Assembly: GCA_017537345.1 (NCBI GenBank)
Contig: JAFYKY010000021.1
Coordinates: 18,554-82,553 of the forward strand
Direction: 5' to 3'
DNA length: 64,000 nt
From: Clostridia bacterium
GTDB lineage: Bacteria; Bacillota; Clostridia; Oscillospirales; CAG-382
Shown here: in pieces, positions 55,189-64,000 of the stretch
Position numbering within the stretch: position 1 is the first letter of the stretch
Layout: each line of letters opens with the position of its first letter
Notes under the pieces: generated by a model
Database searches by the model: none
Told to the model about the DNA's origin: nothing
The model's input: the letters and a program-made list of their open reading frames with translations, nothing else
Made by a program: the position numbers and the translations under genes

Positions 55189-56811
55189 TTACCATTTTCC
55201 TTCCAAAAGCTCTGCTTTTTCGGGGAGCATACTTTCATCGGCGTCTGTCACCGTAACCTCAAGCTTGTGATCGTACCAAAAGCCGTCTTTTTTCGTGGCT
55301 TTGCAGTTGATGGAAAGGGAAGTCATCAAACCCGTTTCGGCATCATAGGTAAGAAATGCGGTATAATCGTACACGTTATCTTTATGCATCCACTTGCTAT
55401 TGATATTTAGCGCCATTCCGAAAAGCAAACTGTGTATCGATTCGTTGTTGACACAGGTGAAATTTACAGTTACGGTACCGTCATTATTGGCTGTGTAGGT
55501 TATGCTGTCAAACCTGCCGGCAATTATTGCAAAGTTTTTAATATCGGTTTTAAGCTCACCGCCGTTGTTGCTCAAATAATCGGTAAAGAAGTCATCGTCA
55601 TAATATACGTTTGAATGGAGATCCGAATAAAGTCGGTTTTTGGCATCTGATTTGTTATCCTCTCCCGTTATTACCGCTCCGTATTCATAATCGGGATTGT
55701 TATAATTAAACCCTTCCCATATCCGGCGGTAATCGTAGCTTTCTTCGGTGCTATATGCATAGGAATCATATTTATATAATTCACCGGGAAGTCTGTAATA
55801 ATTTTTCTCTGACGCCTTAACAAAGTCATCATTCGTTCCCACGGCAACTGTCTTTTCGATTATATAATAATTGCCGCCGGTGCTGTCTGTTCCTTTGTAA
55901 TCGGCGTATATCGCCTTGTTAAGCGAATTTTTGCTCAATTTATATACGCTTCCGTAAAAATCATACAGCTTGTCGGCAAAGGCTTTATATGCATCAAGGT
56001 TTTCAAACTCGTACGTCTTGTCGGGGTTGTCGGCGTTCAGCTTTTTCGCGGAATTTGTTTTTAACTCAGTAGTGTAGTTTTCGCTGAAATACTTTACCTT
56101 GCTTTTTTCGCCGTACGTGTCAGTGTACTGATATTTTGCGCTGATACTTATTCTGGTATCCGATATCAAAAACGTAGTTGTTACTTTTCCTTCGTATTTG
56201 TCAAAATGCAGATAACTGTTTTCTGCAGTGTAGCTTATCGTGCCGTTTGTTTCTGTACGCACAATTTCGGATTCCGATTCCTCTATATGATTCAGAAAAG
56301 TACTCCATTTGTTGTCCAGCGTATTTGTGGTAGGTTCAATCCATTCCGTAAACGTGTCGAAATCCGCAGCTTTTATTGCCACGTACGTGCATGTTTCGTA
56401 CGGTACGAGAACATTAATACAGTTATCGTAATAATTATACTCCACAACATCGCTTTTAACGTACATTGAGTTATCTGCGCGATAGTATTCTACGGTATGG
56501 TTTTCATACTCGGTAACGTAGCCTTCCTTTTTCTTTTCCAAAAAACACGAAATATCCTCTGCAAAAAGCGTTTTGATTTCTTCCTGTGTAAGAACGGGCT
56601 TGCTTTCTTCGGGTAAGCTTGCCTCGGGCTTGCTTGCCTCGGGCTTGCTTTCCTCGGGCGGCGTGCTTTCGTTTGCGCTCTCTTCTTGGGGTGTGGATTC
56701 GGAGCGGGAAACGTCAACGCTCGTGTCGGCGGGATCGTCGGCTACGCATGAAACCGTAAACAAAATAATGGCAAATACGATGGCGGTAAGTACAAAAATT
56801 CTGGTTTTCAT
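55189..56811 (-). CDS. Hypothetical lipoprotein (Tyr/Thr/Asp-rich) with a Pro/Glu/Ser repeat linker
   Basis: Signal peptide with TVSC lipobox, ESKPEASKPEASLPEESKP linker and AAGGAGG RBS. Confidence 0.78.
   Translation of the reverse strand: MKTRIFVLTAIVFAIILFTVSCVADDPADTSVDVSRSESTPQEESANESTPPEESKPEASKPEASLPEESKPVLTQEEIKTLFAEDISCFLEKKKEGYVTEYENHTVEYYRADNSMYVKSDVVEYNYYDNCINVLVPYETCTYVAIKAADFDTFTEWIEPTTNTLDNKWSTFLNHIEESESEIVRTETNGTISYTAENSYLHFDKYEGKVTTTFLISDTRISISAKYQYTDTYGEKSKVKYFSENYTTELKTNSAKKLNADNPDKTYEFENLDAYKAFADKLYDFYGSVYKLSKNSLNKAIYADYKGTDSTGGNYYIIEKTVAVGTNDDFVKASEKNYYRLPGELYKYDSYAYSTEESYDYRRIWEGFNYNNPDYEYGAVITGEDNKSDAKNRLYSDLHSNVYYDDDFFTDYLSNNGGELKTDIKNFAIIAGRFDSITYTANNDGTVTVNFTCVNNESIHSLLFGMALNINSKWMHKDNVYDYTAFLTYDAETGLMTSLSINCKATKKDGFWYDHKLEVTVTDADESMLPEKAELLEGKW
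56596..56658 (-). repeat. Imperfect 15-bp tandem repeat encoding E(A/E)S(K/L)P
   Basis: About four units of GGGCTTGCTT(G/T)CCTC on the + strand. Confidence 0.7.
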
Positions 56812-56987
56812 TTGTTTCTCCTCCTTAAAGATATATTATGTGTTAGGCTGTATGCTTTATACACTTATATTATACATAATATGGCAAAAATGTCTATAAA
56901 TAATTTGTGAATAATATTAATTTTGTGTAAATGGACAATAAACGGCGCGTTAATTGTTAAAAATACACGAAAAACAAACACCCCAAC

Positions 56988-57016
56988 AAAAAACAGCATC
57001 CTTTTGCGGATGCTGT
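56988..57016 (-). terminator. Terminator after the amidase gene
   Basis: ACAGCATCC/GGATGCTGT stem with an A-run on the + strand. Confidence 0.75.
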
Positions 57017-57021
57017 GAAAA

Positions 57022-58701
57022 CTATTTTGTTTTTCTTAAAATGCGCAGATAATCGTTCACGGTCACCTTGCCGTCGCCGTTGGCATCGGGATACCCGCGG
57101 GATACGTCTTCGCCGAGTATGACTCTGCGTATATGCTCCGCGTCCCGCTTGTCTATAATTCCGTTATAATCCGCATCGCCGTTTACAAATGCGGTTGCGG
57201 CTTCCACTGACGTAGTTACCATATACGCAGTTCCGTCGGTATCGATAACGTAATCGGGCAGGGTGGCGGAGGGGGAATAATTATGCTTTTCAAGCCGCGT
57301 TCCTTCGGATGTCATGGCGCTGTAATACTTGTTTACAAGTTCCATAAAATATTTCCAGCCCGTTCCGTCGTGAACCAGTTGCTTATTTGTGTTCAATCGC
57401 ATATAATAAGGGCACTGCTTTGCCTGGAAATAATATACGTCTGTGTGCTGAAGTATCTTATCGGGCGTAAGCTCGTATTTTACAAGCAGTTCAGCAGTAA
57501 GCACCGCCGCGTTTTCCATAGCGGGGGTAAAGGTTTCTTCATACCATTTTTCGTATGCTGCGCCCTTTGTAATGGGATCGTTGTTTCCGCCCGGACCTAC
57601 GGGCGCGCCTTGAACGCATATTTCAATGCCGATAGTATAAAAATTATAATTGGTTGCGGCGTGCCAGCCTGCGACCGCATCGGGCAAGCCGTGGTATATC
57701 ACGCTTCCGTCCACGGTGTAATGCCACGAGGAAGAAGAACCGTCCGTTTTGTTTATCAGATAATCGTGAACGAACGCCGCGTCGGAATAAGGCTCGCACA
57801 TACCCGTGTTGTGTATTACGATATAGCGGATATCGTTAAGGTAATGGGAATAATAAGGTCTGCCCACAGACATAAAATCGTTTATAACCTTTACTTTTTG
57901 ACCAAATCCTTCGCCAATGTAAAAGGTTTTATCCGGTTCGTCAAAATCCGCGCTTGTAGGACGGGCATACCCCGGTACTTTTTCCATAGTATCTTTCAGA
58001 ACGCCGGTCTGAATAGCGTATCCGGAAGCAAGATCGTATATTCTTCCTTCGCTGTCTCCGCCGAGTGAGGTGATACGCTCTATATCTCCGTAAGCGGAAA
58101 CGCAGATCTCATCCGTTAAGGTGGTGTACTGCGCATCCTGAGTAAAGATCACCCGAATATATCTTGCGGAAAACGTTTCCTCAAGCTGAATTCGGTTTAT
58201 AAGTATTTCGGTGCGCTTGTTTTCTACGTTTTGTACTTCAAGATCGCCGACATTAAAGAAATTCTCTCCATCAACGGAAGCTTTTACGGATATAAAAGGA
58301 GTAAGTCCCGCAATACGGCGCTCCGTCATGGTGCGTATGAACACCTGACCGATCTCTCTTGCAACGTAGCCTATATCAACGGTTACGGTTACGGAATACG
58401 TGCCTTCGCCGCTTTCGGACTTATATCCCACCCAGCCGTCGCTTCCCAGCCAATCGGTATTGTTGTAATCAATAACGGGAGCGTATATACCGTCTGTCAG
58501 CTCGTTGCCGTCATCGGTATAATTTTCAAGTGGGACAGCATCATCAAATTCCACGGTATAGGTCTTGTTTTGGGTAACGGTGGCTTGTCTTGTAGCGGCG
58601 CGTTCTTCCGTATCGTATACGGGAACAGCGGCTTCTACTGCCATTACAGCGGGGCACAGCGCAATGATCGCGGCTGTTAAAAAGAAAGCAAGTTTTTTCA
58701 A
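57022..58701 (-). CDS. Secreted N-acetylmuramoyl-L-alanine amidase (Amidase_2) with an F5/8-like domain and a C-terminal dockerin
   Basis: Signal peptide; LTDG...VDIG...ARYIRV F5/8-like domain; IVIHNT, SWHYTVD, WHA, IGIEIC, QH and KQCP amidase motifs; paired Ca loops GDADYNGIIDKRD and DANGDGKVTVND. Confidence 0.82.
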   Translation of the reverse strand: MKKLAFFLTAAIIALCPAVMAVEAAVPVYDTEERAATRQATVTQNKTYTVEFDDAVPLENYTDDGNELTDGIYAPVIDYNNTDWLGSDGWVGYKSESGEGTYSVTVTVDIGYVAREIGQVFIRTMTERRIAGLTPFISVKASVDGENFFNVGDLEVQNVENKRTEILINRIQLEETFSARYIRVIFTQDAQYTTLTDEICVSAYGDIERITSLGGDSEGRIYDLASGYAIQTGVLKDTMEKVPGYARPTSADFDEPDKTFYIGEGFGQKVKVINDFMSVGRPYYSHYLNDIRYIVIHNTGMCEPYSDAAFVHDYLINKTDGSSSSWHYTVDGSVIYHGLPDAVAGWHAATNYNFYTIGIEICVQGAPVGPGGNNDPITKGAAYEKWYEETFTPAMENAAVLTAELLVKYELTPDKILQHTDVYYFQAKQCPYYMRLNTNKQLVHDGTGWKYFMELVNKYYSAMTSEGTRLEKHNYSPSATLPDYVIDTDGTAYMVTTSVEAATAFVNGDADYNGIIDKRDAEHIRRVILGEDVSRGYPDANGDGKVTVNDYLRILRKTK

Positions 58702-58705
58702 AATA

Positions 58706-59404
58706 TCAACCCTTTTTGGTTTCTGCGGTTCTCTTTATCTTTTCTGCGGCTTCGTCCGTCATCGCATCGGGATGTACGGTAAAGGATATCTTTGCGTTAT
58801 CGGTATTTATCTCCATTACGAAGCATTCAACGTAGCGGTTTTTCTTGTTTATCTCTTTGGTGTAGCTTTTGTCAATAAGCTCCACGCTCTTTATTTCGGA
58901 AAGAGGCGTGTGGAAGCGGGTAATATTGGTTTCCCCGTTTATAAGGTTAAGGTTTCCCGCAACAACGTACAGCGTATCGGGGGTATAAGTAACCGCGCCG
59001 CCGCCGTATTGCTCACATCTGGGGGTGCTGTCGCCGCCGAAAATAAGCTTTACCGCGTCTTTATCACAAAGCTCGTATCCTCCGGAGGTGTAATCAAACA
59101 CACGGCTGAACCTTTGGTGCTTTTCCGTTTCCTTTACAAAGTCTGCAAGGTTTTCTTCCAATTCCTTGTGAAAGGTCACAGCGTATTCATCTACTGCGCC
59201 GTCGCGAATACGCACGGCAAAATGACAAATAATACATACGACTCCCGCAACCATTATCAGCCAGGATGCCTGATAAAGCTGCCATTCGCGTATAACAAAA
59301 TCGTTAAGAAAATACAGCAAAATACCTGCGCCTATAATACCCGCGCCCGTAAAAAGCAGTTTTTTGGTCTGGGTGAAATATTTTTTGAAGCTTTTTTTAT
59401 CCAT
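58706..59404 (-). CDS. Hypothetical protein with two N-terminal TM helices and a PH-like C-terminal region
   Basis: Two hydrophobic segments; tight spacing to both neighbours. Confidence 0.7.
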   Translation of the reverse strand: MDKKSFKKYFTQTKKLLFTGAGIIGAGILLYFLNDFVIREWQLYQASWLIMVAGVVCIICHFAVRIRDGAVDEYAVTFHKELEENLADFVKETEKHQRFSRVFDYTSGGYELCDKDAVKLIFGGDSTPRCEQYGGGAVTYTPDTLYVVAGNLNLINGETNITRFHTPLSEIKSVELIDKSYTKEINKKNRYVECFVMEINTDNAKISFTVHPDAMTDEAAEKIKRTAETKKG

Positions 59405-59405
59405 C

Positions 59406-60566
59406 TTATTTTTCAACCTTCTTTATGGTGTCTTCAAGTCTTTCGTATATTGCCTTTGCGTAGGTTTTATAGGTAGTGTCCATGGGGTGCAGCCCATCGG
59501 GGAACAGCGCTTCTTTATCCTTGCCCCAGGTATACAGATCTATCTGGGGAAGCGAATATTCTTCTGCGATCTGCTTTATAAGGGGAAGAGAATATGCGTT
59601 TATATTTTTGTTCCAGCCGTCGGCGTTCCATTTGTCCGTACTTGTCTTGAAAAGCGGTGTGGGCGTGCAAATGAATATCTGCACGTTTTCGTTAATATCG
59701 TAAAAAGAATCCAAAAGCTCTCTTGCGGAATCAAGGAACGTATCCTTTCTCGTGGGGTCGGACCAATCCTTCCAATCCTGACTTGGGTTGGAATCGTTGG
59801 TGCCCAGTGCAAATATAACCACGTCGGGCACAAAATTCAAAGCATCTCTGTACTGCTTGCTTTTTGCGTATGCGTAGGGATCGTTATTGCAAATGGCATA
59901 ACCGCTCAATCCTGCGTTAAGCACGCAATAATCCCAACCCAGCATCTGCTGAATATATGCGGGGTAGGTCATATCGTTTCTGGAAGAGTTAATACCTTGG
60001 GTAATACTGTCGCCCACGCAGGCAACCTTTATAACCGGCTCGTTACCGCTGGACATAAAATCCGTAAGATCTCCGTCTTTATCGGTCTTGCAGACCTTTA
60101 TAAGCTTTTCCAGAGCAAAGTGCCAGCCGTTTGCATAGCTTCCCGCCAGCATGACCTTTGTTCCCTTTACTACCAGGGAATACTGGCCCGCTTCAAAGGA
60201 ATCTCTGTCAAAAGCGTTTCTCAGACTTCTGCCCGCAGTAAAGCCCACAAGTATTTCGTACTCGGTCTGGGCGGTGGTGTCCGCCACTGCTTTAAGGGTA
60301 TAACCGCAGTATTCTTCCAAAAATGCGTTTATTTCGTCAACTATAAGACGGTAGTGGTTGTAATTATCGTAGGTGGCGGAATTGCAGTAAACTATAGTGA
60401 ATTCCTTAAGGCTCACACCGTTTACGGTTATATCTCTGGGGCCGTAGCCCTCTTCTTTGGAAACTTCGGCGCTTACGTCGCTTTTGGAAATTTCGGGCGC
60501 GGTTTCGCATGCGAATAAGGAAACAGCCATACATAAGCACAGTAAAGATATAATGATTTTTTTCAT
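59406..60566 (-). CDS. SGNH/GDSL esterase lipoprotein
   Basis: LFAC lipobox; blocks GDSIT, NAGLSG, LGTND and DGLHP. The N-terminal domain resembles GH20 domain 2 (EILVG...YSLVVKG.KV.LAG). Confidence 0.85.
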   Translation of the reverse strand: MKKIIISLLCLCMAVSLFACETAPEISKSDVSAEVSKEEGYGPRDITVNGVSLKEFTIVYCNSATYDNYNHYRLIVDEINAFLEEYCGYTLKAVADTTAQTEYEILVGFTAGRSLRNAFDRDSFEAGQYSLVVKGTKVMLAGSYANGWHFALEKLIKVCKTDKDGDLTDFMSSGNEPVIKVACVGDSITQGINSSRNDMTYPAYIQQMLGWDYCVLNAGLSGYAICNNDPYAYAKSKQYRDALNFVPDVVIFALGTNDSNPSQDWKDWSDPTRKDTFLDSARELLDSFYDINENVQIFICTPTPLFKTSTDKWNADGWNKNINAYSLPLIKQIAEEYSLPQIDLYTWGKDKEALFPDGLHPMDTTYKTYAKAIYERLEDTIKKVEK

Positions 60567-60596
60567 TTTGTTCACTCCGTGTTCATTATTATAACC

Positions 60597-60625
60597 ATTA
60601 TAAATGTTTTTTGCTCGCATGTCAA
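60597..60625 (-). promoter_or_regulatory. Consensus sigma-A promoter of the esterase-amidase operon
   Basis: Minus-strand TTGACA-17-TATAAT. Confidence 0.8.
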
Positions 60626-60764
60626 TTATTTTTATATATTTGTTATAGCTGAATACCTCATATTTCTCTCGTATAATATATGTTTATATAAACAGTGTTT
60701 TATCAAGTGAATTGTCAATAATACATACATCTTTTAGAATATATGCGTTGAGAGGTGTATATCA

Positions 60765-60968
60765 ATGGTTAAAATTATTCTTGATAAAGCATTAAAAGAA
60801 CGCGGTATGAGCAGATACCGTTTAGCGCAGCTTACGGGAACGCAGTTTCAGGTCGTAGATAAGTATTATAAAAACAAAGTGGTACGTTACGACAGCTATC
60901 TGCTTGATAAATTCTGTCAGGCGCTTGACTGCGAAATAGGAGATATTATCGAAGTAACCAAAGATTAA
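60765..60968 (+). CDS. Small Cro/C1-type HTH regulator
   Basis: ERGMSRYRLAQLTG...LDKFCQALDCEIGDII; GAGGTG RBS. Confidence 0.85.
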   Translation: MVKIILDKALKERGMSRYRLAQLTGTQFQVVDKYYKNKVVRYDSYLLDKFCQALDCEIGDIIEVTKD

Positions 60969-60974
60969 AAACAA

Positions 60975-60998
60975 GGCGCACCGTTTTTGCGGTGCGCC
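60975..60998. terminator. Terminator hairpin between convergent genes
   Basis: GGCGCACCG-TTTTTG-CGGTGCGCC. Confidence 0.7.
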
Positions 60999-61005
60999 GA
61001 AATAT

Positions 61006-61716
61006 TTACTTTATTGCTTCGTTTTGAATTCTCATAATTTCTTTCAGACCCTTTGCGCCCAGAGCGAGCAATTTGTTCAGCTCGTCGGCAGTAAAGGCTC
61101 TGCCTTCTCCCGTGCCCTGAATTTCAATAAACGCGCCGGTATCGTCCATTACAAGATTCATATCCACTTCCGCGCTTGAATCCTCTCTGTAGCAAAGATC
61201 CAGAAGGGGAGTATCGCCGTTTATACCTACGGAAACTGCCGCAACCTGATGAACGATAGGATCTTTGGATATAATTCCCTGCTTCAACCATTTTTTAACA
61301 CCCAGAGCAAGAGCAACGTACGCGCCGGTTATGGATGCGGTGCGGGTGCCACCGTCCGCCTGAATAACGTCGCAGTCTATCCATATAGTCTTTTCGCCCA
61401 GCGCCTCAAAATCAACGGCTTGGCGCAGTGCTCTGCCTATAAGACGCTTTATTTCGGTACTGCGCCCGTCGGGCTTCAGGGTCTCCCGCTTTTTTCGTCC
61501 GCCGGTGGAGGAGGGGAGCATAGCGTATTCCGCCGTAAGCCAGCCCTTGCCCGTGTCCTTTAAAAAGGGCATTGTGCCTTCTTCCAGAAGGGCTGTGCAT
61601 ATAACTCTGGTCTTTCCCCAGTTTATCAGCACGCTTCCGCCGTTTGTTTCCGTAAAATTTACGGTAATATCAATATTACGCAGGCAGTCTTCGGTTCTTC
61701 CGTCAATACGGTTCAT
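61006..61716 (-). CDS. rph: Ribonuclease PH
   Basis: GWLTAEYAMLP, RSTEIKRLIGR, CDVIQADGGTRTASITG, EDS.A.VD and EIQGTGE motifs. Confidence 0.96.
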   Translation of the reverse strand: MNRIDGRTEDCLRNIDITVNFTETNGGSVLINWGKTRVICTALLEEGTMPFLKDTGKGWLTAEYAMLPSSTGGRKKRETLKPDGRSTEIKRLIGRALRQAVDFEALGEKTIWIDCDVIQADGGTRTASITGAYVALALGVKKWLKQGIISKDPIVHQVAAVSVGINGDTPLLDLCYREDSSAEVDMNLVMDDTGAFIEIQGTGEGRAFTADELNKLLALGAKGLKEIMRIQNEAIK

Positions 61717-61748
61717 AGCTGTATCTCCTCTTTAAATATATTGAATAT

Positions 61749-61777
61749 ATTATATACAACACCGTTAAAAAAGTCAA
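61749..61777 (-). promoter_or_regulatory. Sigma-A promoter of rph
   Basis: Minus-strand TTGACT-17-TATAAT. Confidence 0.7.
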
Positions 61778-61802
61778 TCAAAATACATATACGGAGTAAA
61801 AT

Positions 61803-62213
61803 ATGTTTGGCAAAATATTAAAGACCTATCGTACAAAGCACAAAATTCCCCAAAAAACTCTGGCTTTCTTAAGCGGGGTGGACAGAAGTATTATATCCGA
61901 TATAGAAAACGGGCGGGCGCAGGCGGATACCTGCCTGCAGGCAAAAATAGTAAACGCAATACTAAAGGATACCTGCCATTTCTGCGGCGAAACCGCCTCA
62001 GGATACGAGCGCGGCGAACAGCTTGGCGTTTTGCTGGGCACGCTTTCACCGGAAATGGCGGACAGCGTGTATCTGGATATTATAAAAAAGCTCAGAGAAT
62101 ACGTGGCTTTTCAGATAGAACTTGATGTAGAAACCCTTTATCCCAAGGAAATAAAAAAGCCTAAATGCAAGCGCAAATATATGTACTATAAATTCGGTCC
62201 GCCGATAGAATGA
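61803..62213 (+). CDS. XRE-family HTH protein
   Basis: FGKILK.YR....PQKTLA..SGVDRSIISDIENG, followed by a CHFC motif. Confidence 0.75.
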   Translation: MFGKILKTYRTKHKIPQKTLAFLSGVDRSIISDIENGRAQADTCLQAKIVNAILKDTCHFCGETASGYERGEQLGVLLGTLSPEMADSVYLDIIKKLREYVAFQIELDVETLYPKEIKKPKCKRKYMYYKFGPPIE

Positions 62214-62228
62214 TCGACCAAGACAATG

Positions 62229-62255
62229 AAACCACCGGTATAACCGGTGGTTTTT
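62229..62255. terminator. Bidirectional terminator
   Basis: AAACCACCGGT-ATA-ACCGGTGGTTTTT. Confidence 0.8.
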
Positions 62256-62267
62256 ATTATCTTCTTT

Positions 62268-62822
62268 TTATTCTTCCTTTTTCCCGTAAATGTTATCGTA
62301 ATCGATCTCTCCAAGCCGCCAAAGCTTTTTGCATATAAGGAATACGCCCAGCAAAAATACAGCGGTTATACAAAGATATATCACTGCGTATACGATACTG
62401 TCCAGAATATTAAGCACGCCGAATGTAAATCCGTCCACGTGTGCGCCGTAGATAATATCGTACCACAGGCTGGAGACCTTGTCCAGATACCTTCTGAAGA
62501 ACAGCACACAGCCCAAAAATCTTGCGATCTCGCCGATAATTACAAGACCTACCGTCTTTTTAAACCACATATTTTTCACTTCGCTTCTGTGGTAAAGAGA
62601 GGGGAATTTAATAAACAGAAATACGGTTGTAATGCCAAGGCTTATTATAAGGTGGAGAAGTGTCATACCCAGTAAACCGACAATGGACAAAAATACGTTT
62701 GCAGGCAGTTTTTCCAAAATTGAATTGACCAGCCAGTAGCTTATGTTGGAGGATATAAGCATGGCAACAAACGCCACAACGGCATACATTACCTTCATAT
62801 CCATAGAAACTCTTTTTTCCAT
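62268..62822 (-). CDS. Hypothetical 4-TM membrane protein
   Basis: GAGGAGG RBS before ATG 62822, hydrophobic segments and its own promoter. Confidence 0.72.
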   Translation of the reverse strand: MEKRVSMDMKVMYAVVAFVAMLISSNISYWLVNSILEKLPANVFLSIVGLLGMTLLHLIISLGITTVFLFIKFPSLYHRSEVKNMWFKKTVGLVIIGEIARFLGCVLFFRRYLDKVSSLWYDIIYGAHVDGFTFGVLNILDSIVYAVIYLCITAVFLLGVFLICKKLWRLGEIDYDNIYGKKEE

Positions 62823-62850
62823 TTTCAAGCCTCCTCGGTGTTGTGTTTTA

Positions 62851-62879
62851 AGTATACAGCACAAAACCGGAATTGTCAA
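62851..62879 (-). promoter_or_regulatory. Sigma-A promoter
   Basis: Minus-strand TTGACA-17-TATACT. Confidence 0.75.
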
Positions 62880-62883
62880 TAAG

Positions 62884-63777
62884 CTATAATATCAAAGAAA
62901 GCCACAGAGGCAGGGTCACCAGAGAAAGTATGTGGGATATAAGGGCAAGCCGCGCCCCGGGCTTGCAGTCCTCGCCCACAAGCTTCGGGAACACAATGGT
63001 GTTAAGTCCGCAGGGCATAACGGTTATTATGAGTATAAAGGGGAGCAAAGCATCAAGCCCAAAGAGAGTGCATACCCCGTATGCCACGGCGGGGAACAAT
63101 ACAAGACGGATCGCGCAGAAAATATATGCTTGCTTGTTTTTAAAAAGCTCCTTTAACGAGAAAGCGGCAAGGGTTATACCCGTAAGCAGCATGCTCAAAG
63201 GTCCCACGCAGGCAGCCGCCATAGAGGTTACAGAGGAGATGACATCGGGTATTTTTACAGATGTCATTCCGCATATCATACCAAGGACAATAGCGATGGT
63301 TATGGGGTTGAGCAGTCTTTTTAAAGGCTTTTTACCTCCCGTAAGCATTGCGTATCCCGCGGTGTAGGTGTAAATAATAAAGGGAATGGCAAAAAAGATA
63401 AAGTTTGAAAGCATCTCTCCGCCGAACACTCCCTCGATCAGAGCGTAGCCAAGGTATGCGTAGTTGGATATGGCAAAGGAATATCGGTATACCTTGCGTT
63501 CGTAAGGGTGCTTTGTAATCAACTTCGATGCAAAGTAAGCTGCAATAACCAAAATCAGCAGAAGTACTGCGGATACGGGTAAAAATATGTATTTTTCTTT
63601 AAAATCCGCCACCGTAAAATTGTTTGCAAAGGTGTTGAATATCTTGCAGGGCAGTAAAAGGTTTACAATAAGAACGGATAATATCTCCCCGCTTACCGCC
63701 TTTTTCCGCTTACCTATAACCCACCCCGCAAACAAAAATATATACAGTATAAAAAGCTGTTTGAATACAAGAAACAT
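62884..63777 (-). CDS. AEC (auxin efflux carrier/malate permease) family transporter
   Basis: LLLPC..F, SNYAYLGY, LLNPITIA, PLSMLLTG, MPCG and SLVTLPLW motifs; about 10 TM helices. Confidence 0.88.
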   Translation of the reverse strand: MFLVFKQLFILYIFLFAGWVIGKRKKAVSGEILSVLIVNLLLPCKIFNTFANNFTVADFKEKYIFLPVSAVLLLILVIAAYFASKLITKHPYERKVYRYSFAISNYAYLGYALIEGVFGGEMLSNFIFFAIPFIIYTYTAGYAMLTGGKKPLKRLLNPITIAIVLGMICGMTSVKIPDVISSVTSMAAACVGPLSMLLTGITLAAFSLKELFKNKQAYIFCAIRLVLFPAVAYGVCTLFGLDALLPFILIITVMPCGLNTIVFPKLVGEDCKPGARLALISHILSLVTLPLWLSLIL

Positions 63778-63858
63778 CTGCGTATCTCCAAAAAATGTCT
63801 TCTGACCGTATTTTAACATAAACTAATACGTATTACAATCATGTTTAAAAATTTCAGT

Positions 63859-63889
63859 AAAAAAAGCGGTTTCTTTTTGTGAAACCGCT
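63859..63889 (-). terminator. Terminator for a minus-strand gene entering from the right edge
   Basis: AGCGGTTTC/GAAACCGCT stem with an A-run. Two short minus-strand frames are open from the window end to about 63892-63897. Confidence 0.6.
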
Positions 63890-64000
63890 ATTTAGATTAT
63901 TCTTTTTCGGGTAATCTGTGTACAAAAGACAAAAGCTTTATCAAATTTTGAATCGATTTGGGATTTCTTGCTTGATCTCTGTAATGAAACGAAATCAATT

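Noticed and set aside
56596-56658. Short direct repeats considered as a possible CRISPR array
   Set aside because: They are contiguous 15-bp in-frame coding repeats without spacers.
60765-62822. Prophage or ICE remnant suggested by two HTH genes
   Set aside because: There is no integrase, att repeat or phage gene, and housekeeping rph lies in the middle.

Overview
This is a core chromosomal segment of an anaerobic Clostridia-type (Oscillospirales-like) bacterium. Left to right it holds: the tail of a reduced dcw cluster (SpoVD/FtsI-type PBP, murF, mraY, ftsW, murG, ftsQ/divIB, ftsZ); a 1049-aa ECF sigma factor; ireB/reoM; a minus-strand dgt-dnaG-rpoD-mtnN-pheS-pheT operon; a DUF5685/J-domain/membrane-protein module fused to the yloC-remA-gmk-rpoZ-priA-def-fmt-rsmB-rlmN-prpC-prkC-rsgA operon; rpmE, hflX, a CyuA/YhaM-like gene, asnA and rtcB; a small AT-rich MerR islet; a 10-gene electron-bifurcating [FeFe]-hydrogenase operon with an embedded group D hydrogenase/kinase/phosphatase/DRTGG signalling block; a GH13 and oxidoreductase pair; several secreted or lipid-anchored proteins, including a dockerin-bearing amidase; rph; and an AEC transporter. 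I saw no rRNA, tRNA, CRISPR array, transposase or integrase. The best candidates for undescribed biology are (1) the giant soluble ECF sigma factor with TPR-like and duplicated beta modules, (2) the translationally coupled module of DUF5685 (DDxxD motifs), a Cys-tailed J-protein and a membrane protein, (3) the hydrogenase-embedded phospho-signalling block, and (4) an unannotated leader ORF overlapping the rtcB start. All family calls come from motif recognition by eye, and no database searches were run.
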